Shown here: piece after piece, positions 11,207-20,385 of the stretch
Layout of the letters: the number at the start of each line of letters is the position of its first letter
Numbering within the stretch: position 1 is the first letter of the stretch
DNA from: an uncultured Spirochaetota bacterium
GTDB taxonomy: Bacteria > Spirochaetota > Brevinematia > Brevinematales > JAOACQ01
Direction of reading: 5' to 3'
Assembly (NCBI GenBank): GCA_963768055.1
Contig: CAVYGN010000002.1
Location: forward strand, 192,001 to 256,000
Length of the DNA stretch: 64,000 bases
Notes under the pieces: model-generated
Told to the model about the DNA's origin: nothing
Databases searched by the model: none
What the model saw: the letters and a program-made list of their open reading frames with translations, nothing else
Position numbers and translations under genes: made by a program

Positions 11207-11316
11207 TGTCATTTGGAGGAGCGAAGCTCCGAGAAATCTTGCGATGGGAAAGATTTCTCCCCGCCCTGATGGGGCGAGATAAACCCTTACAGGATAAACA
11301 CTGCATTCGAAATGAC
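11207..11316. repeat. REP-like palindrome (GTCATT...GAGAAATCT / AGATTTCTC...AATGAC type)
   Basis: TGTCATTTGGAGGAGCGAAGCTCCGAGAAATCT...AGATTTCTC...TTCGAAATGAC; a partial second copy starts at 13939. Confidence 0.7.
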
Positions 11317-11359
11317 GAAATTAACAAGACTGCAAAATGGCAAGTTATTGCTTTTTCCA

Positions 11360-11613
11360 GCCGATTCAAATACTATATTTTTTTGAAACAATTTTTTTGC
11401 GAGCTCTTACGAAGAATGCATAAGAGCTGCCGACGAAAAACGGCAGAGCCCCGCCTTCATTAATATTATTTTTTTAATTTTTTACTAAAATTAAAAAAAT
11501 TAAAATAAAGAGGGCGGGACAGTCGTTTTGTGTCGATGCAGCTCAAGCATTCGAGTTAAGCTCGCTAAAAAAATTGTTTCATTAATAAGCCCGTATGTTG
11601 TTTGAACGGCCCC
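11360..11613 (-). repeat. Long imperfect palindrome, B-type copy 1 (inverted relative to A)
   Basis: TGAAACAATTTTTTTGCGAGC...GCTCGCTAAAAAAATTGTTTCA; homologous to 33451-33733; the reverse complement aligns to A-type arms. Confidence 0.85.
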
Positions 11614-11686
11614 TTTTGACGAACAATTTTATTTTGATTATTTTAAATTAGAATAAATAAGCGATCCGCATTGATGGAGGTATAAG

Positions 11687-12775
11687 ATGAATAATCTGAA
11701 AAAGATTTCCGTTTATATCGCATTACTTCCCCTTTTCTTTGGATGCGGTATGACAATTGTAAAAAACGACGATCTGGCAAAACTTCAAACGAACAACAGC
11801 AATTTGATAACCGAAAATCAGGGTTTAAAGGACGACCTTCAGTCTCAGAAAGACCAGGTAGCCTCCCTGACAGCGGAAAACGACAGTTTCAAGCACCTGA
11901 TCGATTCGACAAAGGACAATCTCGGAAAACAGATCGATGAACAGAAATCGGCTAACAGCAATCTTACACTAGAAAATAAAGATTTACAAAAAGAAATTGA
12001 CGCCCAGAAAAGCCAGATATCTTCTCTGCAGGACGCCAGGGATACCCTTCAGAAGCAGCTGGACTCCCTTTCCATGGAAATCACGAACCTGAGCAATATG
12101 GTTGATTCGACAAAGGGGAATTTAGGGGCGCAGATAGATAGTATGAAGGCCGATATTAAAACAAGAGACCAGACAATCGACTCACTTACCGGGGAGATCA
12201 GCAATAAGAATGCAGATATTGCCTCATTGAGGCAAAATATCAAAGATATTTCAGCTGAAAAGGACAAGCTTTTAACCCAAAAAGATATCGAGATGTCAAA
12301 CCTGGCAATGACTTCCACAAACCTCATAAAACAGATGCAGGATGTTATCAATTCCGGCGATTTGAAGATCCGGCAATTAGGAAATGAGCTTAATATTGAT
12401 TTCAAGGATAAGATATTTTTCGACCTTGGAAGCGCGGATATCAGGAATAACGGCAAGAAGGTTTTGAACGAACTGGTCAATGTCCTTAAAACCGTCAAGG
12501 ACAGGCAGATAAGGGTCGAAGGCTATACCGATAATGTACCTATATCAGACCAGTATAAATGGAAATTCCCCTCCAACTGGGAACTTTCAACTTTAAGGGC
12601 GACGACTATCGTTCGGTATCTTCAGTCAAGAGGGGTCGATCCCTCTTTGATGAAAGCGACAGGTTACGGCGAGTTTAATCCCATAGCGCCGAATGACACT
12701 GAGGCTAACCGCGCTCAGAACAGAAGGATAGTCATTCTTCTCGTACCGCTGGACGAAAGAGCGCGATTTAAATGA
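11687..12775 (+). CDS. OmpA/MotB-family peptidoglycan-binding lipoprotein with a long coiled coil
   Basis: Lipobox FFGC; heptad region; FDLGSA, VEGYTDN, NWELSTLRA, NRRI. Confidence 0.9.
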   Translation: MNNLKKISVYIALLPLFFGCGMTIVKNDDLAKLQTNNSNLITENQGLKDDLQSQKDQVASLTAENDSFKHLIDSTKDNLGKQIDEQKSANSNLTLENKDLQKEIDAQKSQISSLQDARDTLQKQLDSLSMEITNLSNMVDSTKGNLGAQIDSMKADIKTRDQTIDSLTGEISNKNADIASLRQNIKDISAEKDKLLTQKDIEMSNLAMTSTNLIKQMQDVINSGDLKIRQLGNELNIDFKDKIFFDLGSADIRNNGKKVLNELVNVLKTVKDRQIRVEGYTDNVPISDQYKWKFPSNWELSTLRATTIVRYLQSRGVDPSLMKATGYGEFNPIAPNDTEANRAQNRRIVILLVPLDERARFK

Positions 12776-12782
12776 GGCTGTT

Positions 12783-13619
12783 ATGAAAGTAGGCTTGATA
12801 TTGATGATAGCGTTTATATTTTCAACCTGCTTTCTGTTTTCACAGGATGTCAATGTTATACTTACCAACGGCACTATAATAAAGGGAAACATGATAGGAA
12901 AAACCGCCGATTCAATAGTGATAGAGGGAAAAGACAATAAGGCTCAAGCTATAAATATAACAGAGATACAGGCTGTTTTTGACGCCGCAAACGGTAATCA
13001 GATCGATCTGTCGCCCGCACCGGTCATACAGGAAAGGTCTGCCGTTTACCGCCCCAGAGAACCCCTGCTGAACGGCCCTAAGAATGCTTTTGCTTTAGAT
13101 CTTATCGATCTTGCTTTAGGGTCTGTAAGAGTTTCATATGAACATTCTTTATCGGACTGGTTTTCATTGAAAGCAGAAGGGGCGTACAGCCCTAACTATT
13201 TCTGGTACAACGGGATCAGTTTCTGGTCTGCGGCTTTATTCGGCAGGTTTTATTTCGGATACAGTTCATGGTATAGAAACCGGACAGGCGGTTTGACCGG
13301 GCCGTTCATCGAAGTGGGGGCAGGCGCCGAGGCCGCAACTATAAATTATTCATATTCGGATCCGTACGGATCTTACCAGATAAACGGGAATTTCCCTATA
13401 GCTCCCATGATCAGGTTCGGTTTCGGCAATAAGATCGTATTCGGAAACGGGAGCGGCATCTTTATAGAACCTCATTTCGGCTACGAGATATCACTAGGCT
13501 ATTGGAATTACAATTATACCGGTACCGGAATATATTCGGATTATTCATACGACTTCCCCTATTTTCAGGGTTTCGGAGAATCGTTCTACTATGGGCTGGA
13601 TTTCGGGTATGCGTTCTGA
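12783..13619 (+). CDS. Putative outer-membrane beta-barrel protein
   Basis: Signal peptide; alternating aromatic/Gly strands; C-terminal FGYAF. Confidence 0.7.
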   Translation: MKVGLILMIAFIFSTCFLFSQDVNVILTNGTIIKGNMIGKTADSIVIEGKDNKAQAINITEIQAVFDAANGNQIDLSPAPVIQERSAVYRPREPLLNGPKNAFALDLIDLALGSVRVSYEHSLSDWFSLKAEGAYSPNYFWYNGISFWSAALFGRFYFGYSSWYRNRTGGLTGPFIEVGAGAEAATINYSYSDPYGSYQINGNFPIAPMIRFGFGNKIVFGNGSGIFIEPHFGYEISLGYWNYNYTGTGIYSDYSYDFPYFQGFGESFYYGLDFGYAF

Positions 13620-13897
13620 GGGCCGACCAGATTAATATGCGAACATCTCTATGAAGTAAATTTTTTTCCGCGCAGTATTCGACAGCTTGAGCCGCTAAGA
13701 CTCAAAACAGCAGCAACCGTTGATAGAATTCTTTTTTTAATAAAGAAATTTTTTATTCTCTATAAGAATGAATTAATTATAATGAGTATCTCGGATAAAC
13801 GTTTGCTATGCTGTTTTTCGCCTTGCGTCTCTACACTGTCTAATAAGGCGCGAAAAAAATTTACTTCAAATAGTGTCGTATATTGTCTTTAATTCGG
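13620..13897 (+). repeat. Long imperfect palindrome, A-type copy 2
   Basis: ATGAAGTAAATTTTTTTCCGCGC...GCGCGAAAAAAATTTACTTCA; begins immediately after the upstream stop codon. Confidence 0.85.
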
Positions 13898-13938
13898 TGG
13901 AATAAAAAGGAAAGCAATACAACATTATTCGCTGGCTA

Positions 13939-13988
13939 TGTCATTTTGAGGAGCGAAGCGTTTATCCCCGTAGGGGGACGAGAAACCT
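13939..13988 (+). repeat. Partial REP-like element
   Basis: TGTCATTTTGAGGAGCGAAGCG...GACGAGAAACCT, similar to the left arm at 11207. Confidence 0.55.
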
Positions 13989-14039
13989 GGCTTCGGCGAG
14001 GACACAAACACCCTTCGGGCATAAACACTTTCTCATATT

Positions 14040-14240
14040 GTTCGATAAAAATTTATTTTCGAATAGTGGTTTTTACTACCGGTACCAGATGTACTGGCAA
14101 TCCGGAAGGATTCCAATATTTTTACAATATTATTATTTTACGTATTTGGATCATGCTCCTTCACCGAGTGCTTTTCCTGCCCCTTCTCCAACGTCCTGGC
14201 CAGCTCCGGGACTTATTTTCCGGCAGTGGCAATCTTAATT
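14040..14240 (-). ncRNA. Candidate structured non-coding RNA (unassigned)
   Basis: Directly downstream of a sigma70-type promoter; long-range pairing of 14220-14227 with 14075-14082 and inner stems; no credible ORF on this strand. Confidence 0.4.
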
Positions 14241-14246
14241 TTTAAC

Positions 14247-14275
14247 AGTATATTTTATGGTCAAAGAAAATTCAA
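14247..14275 (-). promoter_or_regulatory. sigma70-type promoter facing away from dus
   Basis: TTGAAT-17nt-TATACT on the minus strand. Confidence 0.6.
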
Positions 14276-14481
14276 GTCTTTTTTTGCAATTTATTTGCAA
14301 TTTGACCAAAATACTTATTTGCCAAAGTAAGCGGATACCTGCTTTTAAAATCAAATATATTGATATTATAAAAAGGATAGCATTTTAAAAATATCTCCAC
14401 GCCTCTGTGTCTCTGTATAAATCTCCCCGTATCCCCGGTGTCCATTGCCACTTTGCAGTAAAAATGCTATAATTACCCCCT

Positions 14482-15474
14482 ATGACAAACAAGGAACGGC
14501 AATACATCCACCCTGTCAGGGTTGGAAATATCGAGATACAGAATAACATCTGGCTCGCGCCCCTGGCGGGATATTCGAATAAGGCCCTGCGGCTCTTCTC
14601 TTATAAATTCGGGGCGGGATACGCTGAAACGGAGATGGTAAGCCTGGAAGGCCTGCACAGGGATAACAAACGGACCTGGAATTACCTTGACCTGGAAGGC
14701 GAATATCAAACTACCGTTCAGCTTTTCGGGAAAAATGAGCCGAAAAAATTTTATGAAGTATCGAGGATGATGCAGAAAAGGCTCCCGGTTAAAATTATCG
14801 ATATAAATTTCGGCTGCCCCGTCCGAAAGGTGATCAGGACCGGCGCCGGATCGTTTCTTTTGAATTATCCTCATATTATGGGCGATATAGTAAAAGCCCT
14901 TAAGGACAGCGGCGTAATAGTATCGGCCAAAATACGTTCCGGTTACGACAGTGAAAATCTTGAAGAAACGGTCCCTGTTCTCGATAAATCCGGGGCTGAT
15001 ATTATCATTGTTCACCCCCGCCTCGCCGTGCAGTTTTACAATGGAAAAGCCGACTGGAATAAAATATTGAAAGCCCGGCAAATGACAGGAAAACTTTTAA
15101 TAGCGAGCGGAGATATCGTGACGCCTGAAGACGCCCGGAAGGTACTCGAAACGACGGGGGCCGACGCTATTATGATCGGCCGCCGGGCTGTAGGATCGCC
15201 TTATATTTTCAAACAAATAACCGATTATCTTAAGAATGGGGTCTATTCTTCCTACACTCTTGACGATATCAAGGAAATTATGCGGCAATTCGCCGCGCTG
15301 TATACCGGCTTAATTAAAAATGACAGCATTATCCCTATAAGGTCCACTCTGATACAATACGTCAGAAATTATAAGAACTCAAAAGATGTCCGGCATAAAC
15401 TTTCTGCTATAAAAAACAGCTATGAACTTGAAAGCGTCCTCGATACATGGCAATACGATCCTGAGGATAAGTAA
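14482..15474 (+). CDS. dusB: tRNA-dihydrouridine synthase (DusB-like)
   Basis: LAPLAG, QLFG, DINFGCP, KIRSG, IMIGR. Confidence 0.9.
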   Translation: MTNKERQYIHPVRVGNIEIQNNIWLAPLAGYSNKALRLFSYKFGAGYAETEMVSLEGLHRDNKRTWNYLDLEGEYQTTVQLFGKNEPKKFYEVSRMMQKRLPVKIIDINFGCPVRKVIRTGAGSFLLNYPHIMGDIVKALKDSGVIVSAKIRSGYDSENLEETVPVLDKSGADIIIVHPRLAVQFYNGKADWNKILKARQMTGKLLIASGDIVTPEDARKVLETTGADAIMIGRRAVGSPYIFKQITDYLKNGVYSSYTLDDIKEIMRQFAALYTGLIKNDSIIPIRSTLIQYVRNYKNSKDVRHKLSAIKNSYELESVLDTWQYDPEDK

Positions 15475-15559
15475 TCCCATAGACTTGTCCTGCGGATATT
15501 TGATTAATTCTCAAAAGTATTATATATTTATCGCTATTATTCATACCCGGAGGAATGTT

Positions 15560-17137
15560 ATGAGAAAAATAAATACAATCAATTTAATAGCCATGGGGAC
15601 GGTTCTGACTGCTTTTATAATATCTGTGTCCGGCTGTTCAAAAGACGCCAGCACTATAGCGGTTTACGGCAGCGGGCAGAATGCCCGGAACCTCACAGTC
15701 GGGGAAGTAAAATCAACTATGGAGAGATACGCGTTAAGATTCGGCAATGATTTCATTACCAACCGGGATTGGCAGAAAGATATAATTTTCAGGGCTTTCA
15801 TCGCTCCGGAAATCGCTGTCAAAGACAAAATTGAAAAAGGATACACTAACTCCCCTGAATTCAAGGAATCTTTTGAAAAAGAATATAAAAGGAACGAATT
15901 GGGCCTTACAGCAAAGAAAGGTTATGATTTTTTTACAAACCAGGCTAAAAACGATCAGAAAGAGACCTATGAAGTAGCTCATCCCGTCCATATATTGTTT
16001 ACTTACAGCCGCATCACAAATATCGATTCCATCCGGGTAACAACCATTGTCACGAACGGCGTCAAACAGCCTGTGACAAATCATATCACTATCCAGACCA
16101 ACCTGTCGGATAAGGAATATAGCGATATGGTAAAGGAGAAGTTATCTTCAGCGATGGATATTATCAAAAAGCTGAAGTCCTCCGGAGATCAGCAGAAAGA
16201 GTTCGAAAGCCTGGCCTCGAATGTTTCGGAAGAAGATAACGGCTTGATCCCGCGGGGTTCCAAGCCCAAGGAATATGAAGACGCGGTTTTTTCGGCTAAA
16301 AAACAAGGCGTCCTGGATAAACCCGTCTCTACCGATGAAGGCTGTTATGTAATATTTATTAAGGCCCCGGCCGCCCAATTGACCATGTCAAAGATCGAGC
16401 AGGAGGACGGCAAGGAAAATTTCCGGCGGCTTGAACAGACCCTTGATGAACAATATTATGAAAAATCGAAGAACAATAATATAAAAGAATTTTATTCATT
16501 GGACTATAATAAAAAAACAGCGACCATTAACGGGAAAGAATATAAAATCTCCGAAATACCTGAAAATGAAGTTGTAATTGAAATTTTCGGCAAGCAAATA
16601 ACATGGAAGGATTGTATCGATAATTTTCTTATATTCGATCCTTCTTTTGATAAAAAAATTACAATCGACAGTTTTATGAATATTACAAATCTAATTAAAA
16701 AATTACTGTTCTTTACCGAGTTCGCCGGTAAACAAGGAATCGGAAAAGATCCGAAATTCCTGGAGGAATTGACAAAACAGAAACAGGAAATTTCTAAAAA
16801 GCTTGTTTTAGAAAGTTATAAAATGGAACTGGTCTCCAATGTGAATTCCAAAGTCGAATCGGCGATAACCCCGAAAGCTGTCATGGAATATTATGAAAAA
16901 AACAAACAGGATTTTACTAAACCCCTTAACGGTAAAAACGTGCAACTGAGCTTTGCAGAGGCTAAACCTGCCGTTACAGAAGCTTTGAAAAGAAAGTGTT
17001 TAATGGAAGCCAGCAAGCAATGGAAAGAGGATTTGATAAAGAAAACTATGGTCACTTATAAAGACAGCGGCCTCAATGACCTTAAAGAGCTCGAACTGGA
17101 CCAGATTAAAAACATGAAAGATTTCAAGCAAAAATAA
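15560..17137 (+). CDS. PpiC/PrsA-like foldase lipoprotein
   Basis: GGAGG then ATG at 15560; lipobox VSGC; HILF, FESLA...SE and KPVSTDEG parvulin-like remnants. Confidence 0.65.
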   Translation: MRKINTINLIAMGTVLTAFIISVSGCSKDASTIAVYGSGQNARNLTVGEVKSTMERYALRFGNDFITNRDWQKDIIFRAFIAPEIAVKDKIEKGYTNSPEFKESFEKEYKRNELGLTAKKGYDFFTNQAKNDQKETYEVAHPVHILFTYSRITNIDSIRVTTIVTNGVKQPVTNHITIQTNLSDKEYSDMVKEKLSSAMDIIKKLKSSGDQQKEFESLASNVSEEDNGLIPRGSKPKEYEDAVFSAKKQGVLDKPVSTDEGCYVIFIKAPAAQLTMSKIEQEDGKENFRRLEQTLDEQYYEKSKNNNIKEFYSLDYNKKTATINGKEYKISEIPENEVVIEIFGKQITWKDCIDNFLIFDPSFDKKITIDSFMNITNLIKKLLFFTEFAGKQGIGKDPKFLEELTKQKQEISKKLVLESYKMELVSNVNSKVESAITPKAVMEYYEKNKQDFTKPLNGKNVQLSFAEAKPAVTEALKRKCLMEASKQWKEDLIKKTMVTYKDSGLNDLKELELDQIKNMKDFKQK

Positions 17138-17143
17138 AGGCTG

Positions 17144-18727
17144 TTATTTCACGCGCTTTTTTAATAATTCTTCATAATTGATTATGTTGGTATCGGAAGG
17201 AAAGAGTTCAAGGCCCTTTTCAGCTATTTCCAGAGCTTTATTATAGTTCCTGTACCTCATTTCTCTATAAATGTTCTGATAATAAAAGTATTGAAAGTTC
17301 GAAATAGTGGATTCATTAGAAGGGTCGGTTTGCATGCTTATCTGGGCGTAATCGTTTCCTTTTTCAAAATTACCCTTTCTAAAAAAATAAATCGCGGTTA
17401 GTTCCGCTATGCCGGCCATGTCGCTTATTAGAACTTTTGATTGGGGAAATATGGCAAGGCCGTTGGATATAATTTCCATTCCCCTGTCCGGATTACCGTA
17501 ATAGTTAAATTTCATCCCTGTCTGGCTGTAATAATTTTCAAGAATAGTATCAAAATAATCGTTTTTCATCAATCGATACCATTTCAGCATAAGCTCTTCG
17601 CCTTCAGGATATTTTCTCCAATCATCAATAAGTTTCCTGCTTAGAAGGTTATATCCATTTATCATCAGGACCCTGATATTATCATACCTGGATTTTTCAG
17701 CAAGCGCCTTTTTACCGATCTCATAAGCTTTCAGGAAATCATTGTCATGATTTATCACTTTTGTAAATATCTTAGTATAAATATCCATTTCATACTCGTC
17801 ATTTCTCCCGGCAAGGAGAATGTATTTGTCCATTTCAGCTACAGCCCTTTCACAAAAGCCCGATTCGATAAGGACATTGAGATATTTATTGAGTATATAG
17901 AAATAATTGGTTAAATACAGATTTTTAAGCGGAAGATGGAGTACGGCCTCTTCGAGAACTGAAAGGGCCTCTGAATATTCCTTCTTTGTATCCGAAAGAT
18001 AAAGAGAGTATCCGGTTATCGCTTTCGCCAGATTCGTATGCATATTCTTTAAATCGGGATCGATGGCAATAGAACGCAGCGCGTATTGATACGAATATTC
18101 ATATTGTTTAGATAAGTTTGCCCGCTCTGAAAGATCTTCATATATATAGGCCAAAAGACTTTTTTTAGCAGCATATTCAGTGAGGCCCGGGCCTCGGTCA
18201 ATTCCGCTCGAGTCTATGTCAAATCCCGCCGGATCAAAGGCGTTGACAAGGATATCAACCTTTTCAATGGAAAGGATCGAATAAACATTGGTCCCGTCTA
18301 AAATGCACTTGCACGAAAATCCCTGATCCTCCATGAGGCTGTTAAAAAGGATCGCGGCTGAAAGAGGATTATAAAGGCCCTTTTTTAATAATAATTCAAA
18401 TGTAGAATCCTGATCTGCGGCTTTTACCATTAACCGGGTGTGCATAAGGTTAAAAATGAGTTTTGAAACCTCGATGGGATTTTCAGGCAAACTCCCGGCG
18501 GAAGAGAATCCCGCCTCGAAATTAGATATACGGTCAAGGCTGTTCTGTAAAAGACTGCCTTTCATTCCGGAGGCTAAAAGAGCCCCTTCTTTAAGACTAA
18601 AAGAATCGGGATTAATAATAAGCAGGTATTCCTTTGAATTCGTTTCAAGGGATAGAAATTTCGAGATAAAGGAATAGACCTCCGTTTGCAGTAAAATAAA
18701 GAAAATTACCAGAGACAAGATTTTCAA
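17144..18727 (-). CDS. Exported TPR protein with a degenerate transglutaminase-like domain (paralog of the next gene)
   Basis: Colinear similarity to 18741-20363 (FISKFLSLETNSKEY vs FTSKFLAIDTNSLEY; AYEIGKKALAEK identical). Confidence 0.75.
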   Translation of the reverse strand: MKILSLVIFFILLQTEVYSFISKFLSLETNSKEYLLIINPDSFSLKEGALLASGMKGSLLQNSLDRISNFEAGFSSAGSLPENPIEVSKLIFNLMHTRLMVKAADQDSTFELLLKKGLYNPLSAAILFNSLMEDQGFSCKCILDGTNVYSILSIEKVDILVNAFDPAGFDIDSSGIDRGPGLTEYAAKKSLLAYIYEDLSERANLSKQYEYSYQYALRSIAIDPDLKNMHTNLAKAITGYSLYLSDTKKEYSEALSVLEEAVLHLPLKNLYLTNYFYILNKYLNVLIESGFCERAVAEMDKYILLAGRNDEYEMDIYTKIFTKVINHDNDFLKAYEIGKKALAEKSRYDNIRVLMINGYNLLSRKLIDDWRKYPEGEELMLKWYRLMKNDYFDTILENYYSQTGMKFNYYGNPDRGMEIISNGLAIFPQSKVLISDMAGIAELTAIYFFRKGNFEKGNDYAQISMQTDPSNESTISNFQYFYYQNIYREMRYRNYNKALEIAEKGLELFPSDTNIINYEELLKKRVK

Positions 18728-18740
18728 GCCAAGCCCTCCG

Positions 18741-20363
18741 CTATTTTATCTTTTTGCGTAAATAATCCCTATAATACGTTAGTTTAGGGTCATTAGGAAA
18801 AAAAGAAAGTCCTTCTTCCGCAATAGAGAGAGCCTTCGAATAATCTTTATTTTCAATCTCTTTTGAATCGTAAGTCCTGTATGTAATAATCAGGTTGGAT
18901 TTCAAAGCCTGGCTATCCGGATTTGCCTCGAGTCCGATTTTCAGGAATTTAATGGAGTTGTCATAATCTTCCCTGCCGAAATATACATTTGCGGTATTGC
19001 CGGTTATATAAGCTATATTGTTTTTAATAAGCCGGGATTTCGGGAAAAAAGCCAGTCCTTTTTTCATGATATCGATTGCCTTAAGAGGATCGCCGTAATC
19101 GTAGAATTTCAAACCCACCTGGTTATAATAGTTTTCGAGGATGGAATCAAAGTATGTGTTTTTGCCAAGTTCATGCCATTTCAGAATAAAATCTTCACCT
19201 TTCGGGTAATCCTGCCAGCTCTTCTCAAGATTCAGGCTTAGAAGATTCATACCGCTTATCATAAGACTAACGTAATTATCGTCATTCGGTTTTTCGGCGA
19301 GAGCTTTTTTACCAATTTCATAAGCCTTTTCATAATCTCCATCATGATTTATCAGCCTGTAAAGGATCCTGGAATAAAGGTTTTCCGTTATATTGTTGTT
19401 CGTACCTGCAAAAGCCTCCGAACTGTCCAGTTCGACAAACGCCTTATCATACCGGGAAGAATCGATAAGGCTGTTAAGATACTTGTCCAGTACATAAAAA
19501 TAATTTGTAAAGAAAAAGTCCTTTTGCGGTATATTTTCTATGGCCTCCCTAAGTATTGAAAGGGAGAGCGTGTAATCGCTTTTTGTGTCTGCCAGGTAAA
19601 CACTGTAAGTTGTATATGCGGCTGAAACATTGGAATAAATAAACTTTCCATCAGGAAAAATTGCCCAGGATTTCAAAGCGTCCTGAAACGATTCGTATAT
19701 CCGTCCGGATTTGAAATTAAAATATGACATATTCGCATAAGTATAAGCCAGGAGGCCTTTCTTGCCGACGATTTCCATAATGGATGGATCGTGCGAATAA
19801 GAAAATCCTGTTAATTTTTTAAACGTTTCCTGGGCTTCCCTGTTCGTACCTATATCATAACCGTACGGACTGGTGTTTTCAACATCGATTTCCCTTCCTT
19901 CTTCATTCAGGAGGGTATAGGCATGTGAAGGCAGGATAACCGCTTTGGATTCCACTCCGAAATCCTCGAGAATACTGTTGTAAAGAAGTGTAGAAGAAAG
20001 ACAGTTGAAACGGCCGGTATTAATAATCGAATCGAGAGTCGTCTGGGATTCTTCATATTCTTTTAAAAACTTTTTATGTATTTGAAGGAATAAAAACTTT
20101 GTGAGTTCCTCCGCATTTCCCCGGGTATTTTTTTCATTCGATATCCCGGCCTCAATATTTGAAATCCTGTCAATGTATAATCCCAGAGAATCTTCATTAA
20201 TTCCCGATATAATAAGCGCGCTTTTTTCCAGGGGAAATGCTTCCGGATTCTCTATTACCTGATATTCAAGCGAATTAGTGTCGATCGCTAAAAACTTCGA
20301 TGTAAACGGATACATGCCTGCATAAAAACAAATCAGGATAAAAATCAGGAATGATTTTTTCAT
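18741..20363 (-). CDS. Exported TPR protein with a transglutaminase-like domain
   Basis: Signal peptide; FNCLSSTLLY...LPSHAY...IDVENT Cys-His-acid motif; TPR-like helices. Confidence 0.75.
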   Translation of the reverse strand: MKKSFLIFILICFYAGMYPFTSKFLAIDTNSLEYQVIENPEAFPLEKSALIISGINEDSLGLYIDRISNIEAGISNEKNTRGNAEELTKFLFLQIHKKFLKEYEESQTTLDSIINTGRFNCLSSTLLYNSILEDFGVESKAVILPSHAYTLLNEEGREIDVENTSPYGYDIGTNREAQETFKKLTGFSYSHDPSIMEIVGKKGLLAYTYANMSYFNFKSGRIYESFQDALKSWAIFPDGKFIYSNVSAAYTTYSVYLADTKSDYTLSLSILREAIENIPQKDFFFTNYFYVLDKYLNSLIDSSRYDKAFVELDSSEAFAGTNNNITENLYSRILYRLINHDGDYEKAYEIGKKALAEKPNDDNYVSLMISGMNLLSLNLEKSWQDYPKGEDFILKWHELGKNTYFDSILENYYNQVGLKFYDYGDPLKAIDIMKKGLAFFPKSRLIKNNIAYITGNTANVYFGREDYDNSIKFLKIGLEANPDSQALKSNLIITYRTYDSKEIENKDYSKALSIAEEGLSFFPNDPKLTYYRDYLRKKIK

Positions 20364-20385
20364 TGCAGCCGCCCAAAATAAAACT

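Noticed and set aside
11079..11463. ORFs 11079-11369, 11197-11463, 13883-14245 and 33147-33353
   Set aside because: They lie across palindromic repeats and have no RBS or protein motifs, so they are chance frames.
10887..11613. CRISPR array or integron cassette array
   Set aside because: There is no regular repeat-spacer periodicity and no cas or intI gene. The hairpins do not separate single-gene cassettes, and I could not place canonical RYYYAAC/GTTRRRY attC ends.
11900..12130. Internal duplication in the OmpA coiled coil (DSTKDNLG / DSTKGNLG)
   Set aside because: Ordinary coiled-coil expansion.
14075..14230. RNase P RNA or cobalamin riboswitch
   Set aside because: Short look-alikes exist (GGAGCA..CCAAAUA, GCCACUG), but GAGGAAAGUCC, the ACAGAA..GGCUUA 3' core and the B12 upstream elements are missing.
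14038..14238. 66-aa plus-strand ORF as a real gene or RiPP precursor
   Set aside because: TTG start without an RBS, and the promoter and structure point to the opposite strand.
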